A stretch of DNA of 64,000 bases from Candidatus Multivoradales bacterium. GTDB taxonomy: Bacteria; Acidobacteriota; Thermoanaerobaculia; Multivoradales; JAHEKO01. Shown in pieces: positions 9,334 through 17,863 of this stretch. Each line of letters opens with the position of its first letter. The stretch's first letter is position 1. The stretch covers positions 448,001 to 512,000 of the forward strand of contig CBDFIJ010000004.1 in assembly GCA_965248055.1 (NCBI GenBank), given 5' to 3'. Below the pieces are notes generated by a model that made no database searches, was not told where the DNA came from, and was given only the letters and a program-made list of their open reading frames with translations. The position numbers and the translations under genes are program-made.

Positions 9334-10278
9334 ATGAATAGAGCTTTGGGAGTGAAATTCGTTACTGGAAGTGTGCTGGTGCTCGCCCTCGCAACCTGGG
9401 CCATTGCAATCCTGATACCCGATTGGGCGGTTTCGAGCGAATCTCCCGATCAGGATTCCAGCGGCGAGAATACTGACGCAGAGGATTCGCAGCCGCAAGA
9501 GTTGGCGGCACTGCAATCCACTTTGTGGTCCGAAGTTCCGCAATCAGCCAACGTCGTCCCGGGTGGCGTCTATCGTTGGCCCGGAGGCGACGCGACCCTG
9601 TGCGGTACTAACGATCAATCCTGGAGTCCGGTGGACGGTAGCTGCTGGTATCCGGTGGATCTGCTCACTGACCAGAAGACTCTAACTATCTGGCAACAGG
9701 ACTCTAGCGGTCGATCAGAGCTTGTGCTTGAGATCTTGGACTACCCCTATCCAGTGCAGCACTTGACGATCCAAGACGACAGCAAGGTCAACTTGAGCGA
9801 CCAGGACGCGGCTCGCGCCAACCGTGAGAGTGCTCGCATTGGTCAACTGTGGTCGCTGCGCAGTCCGCGCCACTTCTCCCTACCCCTAGCAAGACCGTTG
9901 GCGACGCTGCCGGAAGGCGGGCGTTTCGGCTCCCGTCGATTCATCAACGGACAACCCAAGAACCCGCATTCTGGCTCCGACTACGCCGCCACCACCGGAA
10001 CCCCCATCTTGGCGGTTGACGCCGGCACCGTGGTTTTGGCTGAAGACCACTTCTTTGCTGGCAACAGCGTCTTTATCGATCACGGCGACGGTTTGATTTC
10101 GATGTCCTTTCACATGAATCGGATCCAGGTGAGCCGGGGAGATATTGTCGAGCAGGGTCAAGCGATTGGCACCGTGGGCGCTACCGGTCGCGTCACCGGG
10201 CCGCATCTGCATTTCGGCCTGCGCTGGCGCAGCAAACGGATCGATCCCGAGGCTTTGTTCGGTCGCACTGCCGACTAA
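9334..10278 (+). CDS. M23 family metallopeptidase
   Basis: HSGSD (HxxxD), GNSVFIDHG, TGRVTGPHLH; N-terminal TM/signal. Start uncertain. Confidence 0.9.
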   Translation: MNRALGVKFVTGSVLVLALATWAIAILIPDWAVSSESPDQDSSGENTDAEDSQPQELAALQSTLWSEVPQSANVVPGGVYRWPGGDATLCGTNDQSWSPVDGSCWYPVDLLTDQKTLTIWQQDSSGRSELVLEILDYPYPVQHLTIQDDSKVNLSDQDAARANRESARIGQLWSLRSPRHFSLPLARPLATLPEGGRFGSRRFINGQPKNPHSGSDYAATTGTPILAVDAGTVVLAEDHFFAGNSVFIDHGDGLISMSFHMNRIQVSRGDIVEQGQAIGTVGATGRVTGPHLHFGLRWRSKRIDPEALFGRTAD

Positions 10279-10301
10279 GGGCGACTAGGGGGCAGTACCA
10301 A

Positions 10302-12587
10302 TTAGGGGACAGTGCTAGCAAGGGCGTCGTCCGGATCGCCGCTTTGATCGACGACCAGCCGGCTGGCGACGCGCAGTGAAAAATCGGTCCACGATCCCGA
10401 TTGCAGCAACCAGTCAGGGAGTTCAGGAGCCACTCCCGGCAAACCATAGGTCAATTCATAGGCGGTTACCGCGGGAACTTGCGGGCCTTCAAACCACAAT
10501 CGAAACCGCTCGGTTTCTCCGGGGCCCAGAACCATCACCGCGGGCACTCTCCCGTCGGCGATCGCCTGTTGCTCGAAACCAAGCCACTGCACCTGCAACA
10601 ACCCTGGACCCTCGGTCATCAACCACAACTGGGCGCCGTTGCGGGCGAGCCTGACTTCAATATCGACCCACTGCCCACTCTGGTCGTGACCTTCTCCGAT
10701 GACAACTACAGTGGGTGGGTTGGCGTCGTTGATCCACGGCGCGGTAGTGACCCAAGGATCCCCAGGACCATAGGAGGGGTAGTGAATCCCCAAATCGCCG
10801 ATATCTTCAATTTCGCTTTGACGCCGCCAATCGGTTCCCAGTTGTGCCTCTAGCCACGGATCCAATGTCTCAGCGCGGCTGACCCACAGCGGGCCTTGGT
10901 CCGGATGCATCAGATAGGCCAGTCGAACCGGTCGCGGAGTCGCCGAAGTGGCTCCCGCCGAGGCACCTGCGACCACTAAGCAGGCCAGACCAGCCACCCC
11001 GGCTGCGATCCGCCAACGGGACGAACCGCGGCCGATCTGAGCCAAAATCGGCAGCAAAGCCAGCATTCCGACCCCGACCAAAGCGGCGACCACCCAAGCC
11101 CGATGCGGAGTCAGTCCCAGCAGTGCCTCGCGGGCCAGCGGTGCATAGAGCAGGGGCACCGGTACCGCCGCCAAAGCAAACCAAATCCACCGCCGCTGCG
11201 GGTCACGAACCGCAATCCAGGCGGCAATCGAAACCGCGAGCAGAGGCCAAACGAACAGGTAGGCGCCTCCGGCGAAGCCAAAGATGGCAAATCCGCTGAC
11301 CAGAGCGAGCACAATCAAACTGGCGCCAATCGCTCTACGGCTATCGCCGATCCAGCCCGCCAAGTGCCAACCCACGGCCAGTGCGCAGAGCAGCCATCCG
11401 GCGATCAAGAAACTCTGCCGATAGGGGGCGCTGTTGGGGGCTTCAACTAGAGCTGGGAACAACCGCACCAAGGCCATCCAACTGAGACCGACCACCACCA
11501 CCATCGCTCCCCACGCTCCCAGCGCAAACATCGAACTCGACCACAAGTTCTGCCGATAGCGAACCAGCCACAATAGTGCCAGCAGCAGTCCAGCGACCAG
11601 GGCCATTTGGTCGATCCAGCGTGGGTAGGCCACAAACTGGGAACCCAGAAGATTGAAGTAGGTGGCCTCCCCAGAGTGGTCCTGCCATTCGCTGTCATGC
11701 AGTGCTCGCAGCATACCCAGAATCGAGTCCCCCATCGACTGCAAACTGCGTTGATCTAAGTTCTCCGGGGTATCCAGTTGCGAGTGATAGGCCGGATGAG
11801 AGCCGATCATCGCGAAATTAAGACCCTGAATGCCGCGTTCACGAAAAATCGAATAGTCGGTATCGTTCGGCATCCGTCGATACACCGCAGTGGAAAACGA
11901 GTTGGCGAACGGCCTTGGCACCGCTCGACCGAAAAACTCCACCCACGGCCCAGCGCCCGCGCCAGTCTCAAACATCCACGGAACGCCCGAGTTACCACGC
12001 GCTTCGAAGTTCAAAACCAGACCGATCTCTTCAATCCACCGGTGCTGCTCAGCAAAACCTTGAGCCCCCAACAGTCCGGCCTCTTCGCCATCGCTGAACA
12101 AGATGCGAACATCGCGTTGTCCAGCCTCTCCGTCCGAAGCCCGGAGTGCCTCCAGAATCGCTGCCACCGGGGTGGCGGCGTCGCCAGCCCCCGGTCCGGT
12201 CGGCACCGAATCGTAGTGCGAGGCCACCAGGACCGCCGGCCCAGGTGCGGTGCCGGGGCGGTGCGCCAACACGTTCTGCAAGCGGGCATAACGAAGCAAC
12301 GTGCCGCGGCGGCGACGGGTCCAAGTGTTTTGTACCTCCGTCTCCCACCCCAGTCTTTCCAACTCGACGACTAGGTATTCCCGAGCTTCGCGATGCGCAC
12401 CGGTTCCGACCGGTCGCGAAGACGAGGCCAAAGCGCGCACATGGGCCATCGCCCGTGCCGACGAGAACTCGCTCTCGGGAGTATCGGCCGGTCGCGAAGC
12501 CGCGGGATGCGCCGCCCAGATCGCGGCCACCGCGAGCAAAGCTACAAAGGTGAAGCCTAGCCAGGCCTGTACTCGATCACTGAGCAT
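10302..12587 (-). CDS. Multi-pass membrane M28 family aminopeptidase (ERMP1-like architecture)
   Basis: SHYDSV, GAGDA, DGEEAGLLGA, NFEARG, PNDTDY, YHS..D, followed by ~8 TM helices. Confidence 0.9.
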   Translation of the reverse strand: MLSDRVQAWLGFTFVALLAVAAIWAAHPAASRPADTPESEFSSARAMAHVRALASSSRPVGTGAHREAREYLVVELERLGWETEVQNTWTRRRRGTLLRYARLQNVLAHRPGTAPGPAVLVASHYDSVPTGPGAGDAATPVAAILEALRASDGEAGQRDVRILFSDGEEAGLLGAQGFAEQHRWIEEIGLVLNFEARGNSGVPWMFETGAGAGPWVEFFGRAVPRPFANSFSTAVYRRMPNDTDYSIFRERGIQGLNFAMIGSHPAYHSQLDTPENLDQRSLQSMGDSILGMLRALHDSEWQDHSGEATYFNLLGSQFVAYPRWIDQMALVAGLLLALLWLVRYRQNLWSSSMFALGAWGAMVVVVGLSWMALVRLFPALVEAPNSAPYRQSFLIAGWLLCALAVGWHLAGWIGDSRRAIGASLIVLALVSGFAIFGFAGGAYLFVWPLLAVSIAAWIAVRDPQRRWIWFALAAVPVPLLYAPLAREALLGLTPHRAWVVAALVGVGMLALLPILAQIGRGSSRWRIAAGVAGLACLVVAGASAGATSATPRPVRLAYLMHPDQGPLWVSRAETLDPWLEAQLGTDWRRQSEIEDIGDLGIHYPSYGPGDPWVTTAPWINDANPPTVVVIGEGHDQSGQWVDIEVRLARNGAQLWLMTEGPGLLQVQWLGFEQQAIADGRVPAVMVLGPGETERFRLWFEGPQVPAVTAYELTYGLPGVAPELPDWLLQSGSWTDFSLRVASRLVVDQSGDPDDALASTVP

Positions 12588-12592
12588 GACGC

Positions 12593-13612
12593 CTAGCGCG
12601 CGTCCTGTTCGACTTGCCGGATTGCCTCGACCACTTGGCTGTGTAGCCGCCCATGGGTGGCGAGCACGCCTCGGTTGTCATCCAACGTAGAGCCGCGGGA
12701 AAAATCCAGAGGCTTGCCGTCGATATCGGTCACCGTACCGCCGGCAGCCTCCACCACTGCGACCCCAGCCACGTGATCCCAAACCTTCTCTTGGTAGCCC
12801 GGCGTTGATTGCGGGCGCAAATAAATTTCCGCGCCGCCGGTGGCGACATAGCCGTATTTGGCCTGAGAATCGACACGCACGGTTTTCGCGATCCCCAACG
12901 CCTCTCGCACCCCACGAACCACCACCGGATCGCCATGACTTGATTCGACACTGGCGAGAATGCGTAGTTCTGCTGACCGCGACGACGCCGATACCGCAAT
13001 CGGTTCCGGCGCTACCGCAGTCTCCCGCCAACTGCCTTTTCCCTGCTGGCCAAAGAAGACCGCAGCACCCCCGGGCCAAGCTGGGCATCCCAAAACCCCG
13101 GCCACCGGCTGGCCGGCGTACAACAGACCCACCGCAACCGCGTATTGGTCGCCGCGCAGGTACCCCTTGGTGCCATCAATCGGATCGACTACCCAGGTGA
13201 TCGAACCAGATCCGCCCCGGTTGTCCAGCAGGTCCAGAATTTCCTCAGCTTTCAGTGTTTCGCCGCTGCCGACCGCATCCATTGCTTCAGAAAACCGCCG
13301 CTCCACAGCCGGCACCAGTTCGCCATGTTCCCCATCGCGCAGCGCCGAACCGGCCTCCTCAGCGATCAACCGATCTTCGGGAAACTCGCGGCGTAGATGC
13401 CAGGTGATGATCGCCTGCGAAACATAGTCGGCGACCGTCACCGGCTCGCGCCCTACTTTGTGGGCTAAATCTTGCTGCGAAAAACTGGCCCGAATCCGGT
13501 TGCAAATATCTCCCGCTGCCCGCGCCGCCCTGCGGGCGACCACCAGCCGCACCGCCAGCTCTTGGCTCAACGCAAAATCCTGATTCAAATTCATTTCGAT
13601 CTCCGATTCCAC
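12593..13612 (-). CDS. 3'(2'),5'-bisphosphate nucleotidase, HAL2/SAL1-type (inositol monophosphatase superfamily)
   Basis: PVTVADY, AEE, WVVDPIDGTKG, DSQAKY, EKVWDHVAG...EAAGG.VTD. Confidence 0.88.
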   Translation of the reverse strand: MESEIEMNLNQDFALSQELAVRLVVARRAARAAGDICNRIRASFSQQDLAHKVGREPVTVADYVSQAIITWHLRREFPEDRLIAEEAGSALRDGEHGELVPAVERRFSEAMDAVGSGETLKAEEILDLLDNRGGSGSITWVVDPIDGTKGYLRGDQYAVAVGLLYAGQPVAGVLGCPAWPGGAAVFFGQQGKGSWRETAVAPEPIAVSASSRSAELRILASVESSHGDPVVVRGVREALGIAKTVRVDSQAKYGYVATGGAEIYLRPQSTPGYQEKVWDHVAGVAVVEAAGGTVTDIDGKPLDFSRGSTLDDNRGVLATHGRLHSQVVEAIRQVEQDAR

Positions 13613-13613
13613 A

Positions 13614-14339
13614 CTAGGCTCCTCCCATCAACCGCCGCCAGTCTTGCAGTGACTCGACGCGCATGTATACATTGCTATCTCGTTCTTCTCCCAAGGTCGA
13701 TGTTCTCGTCGGCCCATAATCGTGCCCCGGATAGAGCACCGTATCGGACGGTAACTTTGCCAGTCTCTGGGTTAAGGATCGATACATCTCGTCTGCGTCG
13801 CCTCCGGGTAGGTCGACCCGCCCGCAACCTTGGACAAAGAGGGTATCTCCAGCGATCAGTTTGCCATCGACCAAAAAACACTGGCTGCCGGGAGTGTGCC
13901 CTGGGGTGTGGACGAATTCGACTTCCACTTCTCCAACCTGGGTACGATCTCCACCGTCCACGATTCGCAAATCGGAATCTGAGACCCCAGTGACAACTTT
14001 CACCCCCTCCGCCTCGTGGCGGTTGACGTAGATCGGCATCGGTGCCAACTCCAACAGGGTGGACAATCCGTCGACCTGCATGCCGAACAGATCGCCGCCG
14101 ACATGATCTGGGTGATAGTGGGTGACCAAAGCGCCCACCACTTCAACCTCATCCTCAGCCGCGACCTGCAACAAACTGGCTACGTCCCAGGCGGGATCGA
14201 CGATCAAAGCCTGGCGCGCCGTAGGATCGCCAACCAGGTACATGAAGTTGCGCATCTGACCCGCCACCGCGTGAGATTGGGCGACTTCTTCGCCTGCTAA
14301 CAGCTGTCGAAAGTAGATTGCTTGATCGTTGTCCATCAA
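13614..14339 (-). CDS. MBL-fold metallo-hydrolase (glyoxalase II-like)
   Basis: THYHPDH, HTPGHTPG, GDTLF..GCGR, YPGHDY. Confidence 0.92.
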   Translation of the reverse strand: MMDNDQAIYFRQLLAGEEVAQSHAVAGQMRNFMYLVGDPTARQALIVDPAWDVASLLQVAAEDEVEVVGALVTHYHPDHVGGDLFGMQVDGLSTLLELAPMPIYVNRHEAEGVKVVTGVSDSDLRIVDGGDRTQVGEVEVEFVHTPGHTPGSQCFLVDGKLIAGDTLFVQGCGRVDLPGGDADEMYRSLTQRLAKLPSDTVLYPGHDYGPTRTSTLGEERDSNVYMRVESLQDWRRLMGGA

Positions 14340-14483
14340 TAGGGCTCCGCTGGGGCAAGGTCGTCAGTCTCGCAGGTTTCGTCTCCCTCAGGAAACGTTT
14401 CCAAGCCACAGTCTACTGTGCGCAGTCACACTGCTATTCATCGGCAAGATTCGGCATAATGCGCCAACCACCAAGGAGTCACC

Positions 14484-15146
14484 ATGCCACAACGCCCCCT
14501 CTTCAAACGCACCGCCTTTTCCCTCGGCCTACTGCTTATCAGCGGACTGGTTGTGATTGCTTCGCCAGCCAACGCGGGGGGCAACATCCGCGGCGGAGTC
14601 GCCCAGGTCGACCCCGGACTCGGTGCTGACATCACCGTCGACGATATCTTCTTCGACGCAGATCTTGACTCAGGGTCAGGCCTGGCCGTTGGACTGGAGA
14701 TGGAAGGGAGGCGTTTGGGTTTTGGCCTTGAAGTAACCCGTAGCGACCACGACATCGGCGCCGCAGCTTCGGTGGCAGGTCAAACCTTGGATTTCGGCAC
14801 CATTACCACGGCTGAGATTTACACGGTGCTGTTGGCGATTCGCTATCGTGTGAACCCAGAAAGCAGCACAGTGTTGTCGGTTGCCGCCCTGGGCGGTGGA
14901 ATCGGCTACATCGACTTTGAACTTCCCGATGGCGACACCACTGACGGTGGAGCCCCAGCCTACGGACTCGAACTAGCGCTGGACTGGGACTTTGGCCAGC
15001 CGTCAGGACTCTTTGCCCGGGTCGGTTATCGACAAATGGAAGCCGATGTCGACTTCGAAGACATCGCCCCGGAACTAGCGGACACCCCGTTTGAACCATC
15101 CATTGGCTTCGCCCAAATTGGTTACCGATTCGGCGGGCGCCGCTAG
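14484..15146 (+). CDS. Outer-membrane beta-barrel protein (OmpW/OmpA-like)
   Basis: Signal peptide (PANA), amphipathic beta strands, C-terminal IGYRF motif. Confidence 0.7.
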   Translation: MPQRPLFKRTAFSLGLLLISGLVVIASPANAGGNIRGGVAQVDPGLGADITVDDIFFDADLDSGSGLAVGLEMEGRRLGFGLEVTRSDHDIGAAASVAGQTLDFGTITTAEIYTVLLAIRYRVNPESSTVLSVAALGGGIGYIDFELPDGDTTDGGAPAYGLELALDWDFGQPSGLFARVGYRQMEADVDFEDIAPELADTPFEPSIGFAQIGYRFGGRR

Positions 15147-16900
15147 CCACCCAATTGCTTCAAGAGCTTCTCCATCTCCGAACGTAAACGCTCATCGACC
15201 ACTCCTGCCGCCAGTTCATCGCGCAGAATCTGTCGCGCATCGGAAACTTGCCGAGCGTTGGCCAAGTCCACCGCTCGATTCATCGCGTCCCACTGGCGGC
15301 GATCCGTGATCTGTGTTTGCAACTGATCCCGAGAGCGCTCAAAGCGCTCGACTACACTGAGATCGGTAATCTGCGCGAGACCGTCGTCGTATGCCTGAAC
15401 CGCGGCCACGTAGTCGTCGGCTTCCATCGCCGTATTGACCCTAGCGATCACCTGGTTCTCAAGCAGGTTATTGGTCAGTTCGTCGGCGTCCTCCGGATCA
15501 AAGGGGCGCACGTACTTCTCCACCACTTCGGCAGCAATCGAGTATTCATCTCGCCGCATGTGACCGACCGCCAAGTTGTGCGCCAAGTAGACGTGCTCAC
15601 CACCCAAGACTCGTACCGCTTCGGCCATCACCGCCAAGTCATCATCGGTGCTAGGAATCTGCGGTAACGATCGAACGATACGTTGATAGGCGGCTTCGGG
15701 ACGTGCTCCTTTTTCCAAGGCTTGAAGCGCCGCGGCACGGACTTCTTGATCCGAAGCACCGCCGTCGGCCAGAAAACTTGCATAGCGAAGCCAATCTTCA
15801 CCGGTCACACCTGGGGCTTCAATCGCTTGACGGAATAGCTTCTCAGCACCCTCGCGATCGCCACCCTTGACGCGCAATTCGGCTAGTAAGGCGGTTGCCC
15901 GGCCGGCGTACTGCGAATCGTCCAAGAGCGGTGTTAGGTGGTTTTCTACCAACGCCAGTGATGGCGGCCGATGGGTCACCACCAAGTATTCGGCCAGTCC
16001 GTACAAGACCTCAGAACGGCTTAGGCTGCGCTCCGTAATATCTCCTACGGAAAGCTCTCCGACTTCCAATGGAAAATAGGGCATCGATGGACCGGATATA
16101 TAGTTGCGCAGTTCATTGTTGAACTGATCCAGATTCCATCCATAAACCTCGCGAATCGCCAGTTCCGCGCTCTGTCCTTGCTTCATTTTGTTAAACACCT
16201 GGGCTGCCGATTCCGGGACCGGGCCACCAGTCATCAAGAAATGGGCAGCCAACCATGCTTGGGCCTTAAAAAGGCCCAAGGTCCTACCCTGATCGAGAAC
16301 CGCACTGTCCTGACCAACCTGGAAAAACTGTCCCCACGGCAACCAACTGTTTTGCCGCATGGTGACGACATACTTTGCCCGGGGCAGGCCGACCGCGGCC
16401 ACCGCGCCCTTCTTGTCGCGAAAGCCTGCATAGAAGCTGGAGATACCTGCGCGCGCCCAATAGGGCAGATAGTGCATCTTCGCCGACACGTAGTTGCGCA
16501 CGTATGCCTCGTAGGCCAACACCCGCACGTCATCGCCAATATTCGCATTGAGAGAAAGCCACAAGCGGTCTTCGGTGTTAAAAGCCTCCCAAGCCATAAC
16601 CACAGAGTTGGTTTGAGGAGGCTCACGAAGATACGGCTTCATGGAGCGTTGGCTCTTAAAGACGAAGACTCGAACTGGTTTTGCGGCAAGACCCACCCGA
16701 CCATCCTTGGTGACGAAACTGTGCAATCGACCAAAGCTCTCCACCAACGACCGGGTGCGCCCCTGGGGGGCATTGCTGAAGAACTGGAAATGCTCGGTCT
16801 CATAGGCCATCCACCGGTCCTTCTCCGGGGGCTGTGCAACCGCGGTGGAGAGTGCCATGCCGGCACTCACCAAGCCAATCCACAAGGTGCGTAATTTCAT
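15143..16900 (-). CDS. Secreted DUF1570/peptidase MA-like domain plus TPR-like helical protein (metal motif degenerate)
   Basis: GGAGG RBS before ATG 16900, signal peptide, W...ETEHF.FFSN, LPYW...G...FY, AQAWLAAHFL, helical C-terminus. Confidence 0.65.
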   Translation of the reverse strand: MKLRTLWIGLVSAGMALSTAVAQPPEKDRWMAYETEHFQFFSNAPQGRTRSLVESFGRLHSFVTKDGRVGLAAKPVRVFVFKSQRSMKPYLREPPQTNSVVMAWEAFNTEDRLWLSLNANIGDDVRVLAYEAYVRNYVSAKMHYLPYWARAGISSFYAGFRDKKGAVAAVGLPRAKYVVTMRQNSWLPWGQFFQVGQDSAVLDQGRTLGLFKAQAWLAAHFLMTGGPVPESAAQVFNKMKQGQSAELAIREVYGWNLDQFNNELRNYISGPSMPYFPLEVGELSVGDITERSLSRSEVLYGLAEYLVVTHRPPSLALVENHLTPLLDDSQYAGRATALLAELRVKGGDREGAEKLFRQAIEAPGVTGEDWLRYASFLADGGASDQEVRAAALQALEKGARPEAAYQRIVRSLPQIPSTDDDLAVMAEAVRVLGGEHVYLAHNLAVGHMRRDEYSIAAEVVEKYVRPFDPEDADELTNNLLENQVIARVNTAMEADDYVAAVQAYDDGLAQITDLSVVERFERSRDQLQTQITDRRQWDAMNRAVDLANARQVSDARQILRDELAAGVVDERLRSEMEKLLKQLGG

Positions 16901-17084
16901 CCTTAACCTCCATCGGTACCCTCGCCATCGACTGATCACCCGGCAACTCGTCCTAACCGCAACGCTGCTATGGTAACAGGCATCCGAGATCAAGATGATC
17001 GACAAACCGTTGAGATGACCCAAATCGACATCAGGTCACCGATACTAACTAGCAGATGACGATGGATTACCGCAGGCCCTCCCC

Positions 17085-17816
17085 GTGAATGCCAAACTGA
17101 AAATCTTGCTGTTGCAGGCTCGTGCCGCGGATGACCCGGCACGGTTGGAAGAAATCGACTCGTTCGCGCAGCATGCCCAAGTCCCAGCGGAGGCCATCAG
17201 TGCGCATAACTTGCTCGATGGCCCCCCGAATCGCAGCCTGGTGGACCGTTTCGACCTGATCTTTATCGGCGGTAGCGGTGAGTACTACGTCAGCCACCAA
17301 GACCTACCGCAGCAGGATCTGTTCTTTGGCGAACTGCGCGAGTGGGTCGCGGTCAAGAAACCGATCTTCGCCTCCTGTTTTGGCTTTCAGTGCTTAGTTG
17401 AGGCGCTAGGCGGTTCGATCATTTTTGATCCCGACTCGATGGAAGTCGGCACCTGTGAACTGGCTCTCACCGAAGCCGGTGGTAAAGACGAACTGTTTCA
17501 AGCTCTACCCGCTCGTTTTCTCGCCCAGCTCGGGCACAAGGATCGAGCCGACCGGCTGCCAGCGGGGATGCTCAACTTGGCTTCCAGCCCCCTCAGCCCA
17601 CTGCAAGCGTTTCGTGTCCAAGACGCACCCATTTGGGCCACCCAGTTTCATCCGGAACTGGATTGGCGCTCCAATCGAGACCGTTTCATTCGCTACCTGG
17701 ATGGTTACGCCGCCCACATGTCCGAAAGCGAGCAGCAGGAACTTCTAGACGGCTATCACGACAGCCCAGAGTCCAACCAGTTGTTGGTGCGTTATCTGCA
17801 CCTGGTATTTGGCTAA
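17085..17816 (+). CDS. Class I glutamine amidotransferase
   Basis: IGGSG, nucleophile SCFGFQ, QFHPE. Confidence 0.9.
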   Translation: MNAKLKILLLQARAADDPARLEEIDSFAQHAQVPAEAISAHNLLDGPPNRSLVDRFDLIFIGGSGEYYVSHQDLPQQDLFFGELREWVAVKKPIFASCFGFQCLVEALGGSIIFDPDSMEVGTCELALTEAGGKDELFQALPARFLAQLGHKDRADRLPAGMLNLASSPLSPLQAFRVQDAPIWATQFHPELDWRSNRDRFIRYLDGYAAHMSESEQQELLDGYHDSPESNQLLVRYLHLVFG

Positions 17817-17863
17817 GGGGTTCTCACGCTGGCTGGAAAGTGGGGCTAGTGGCGGCCGAAACT

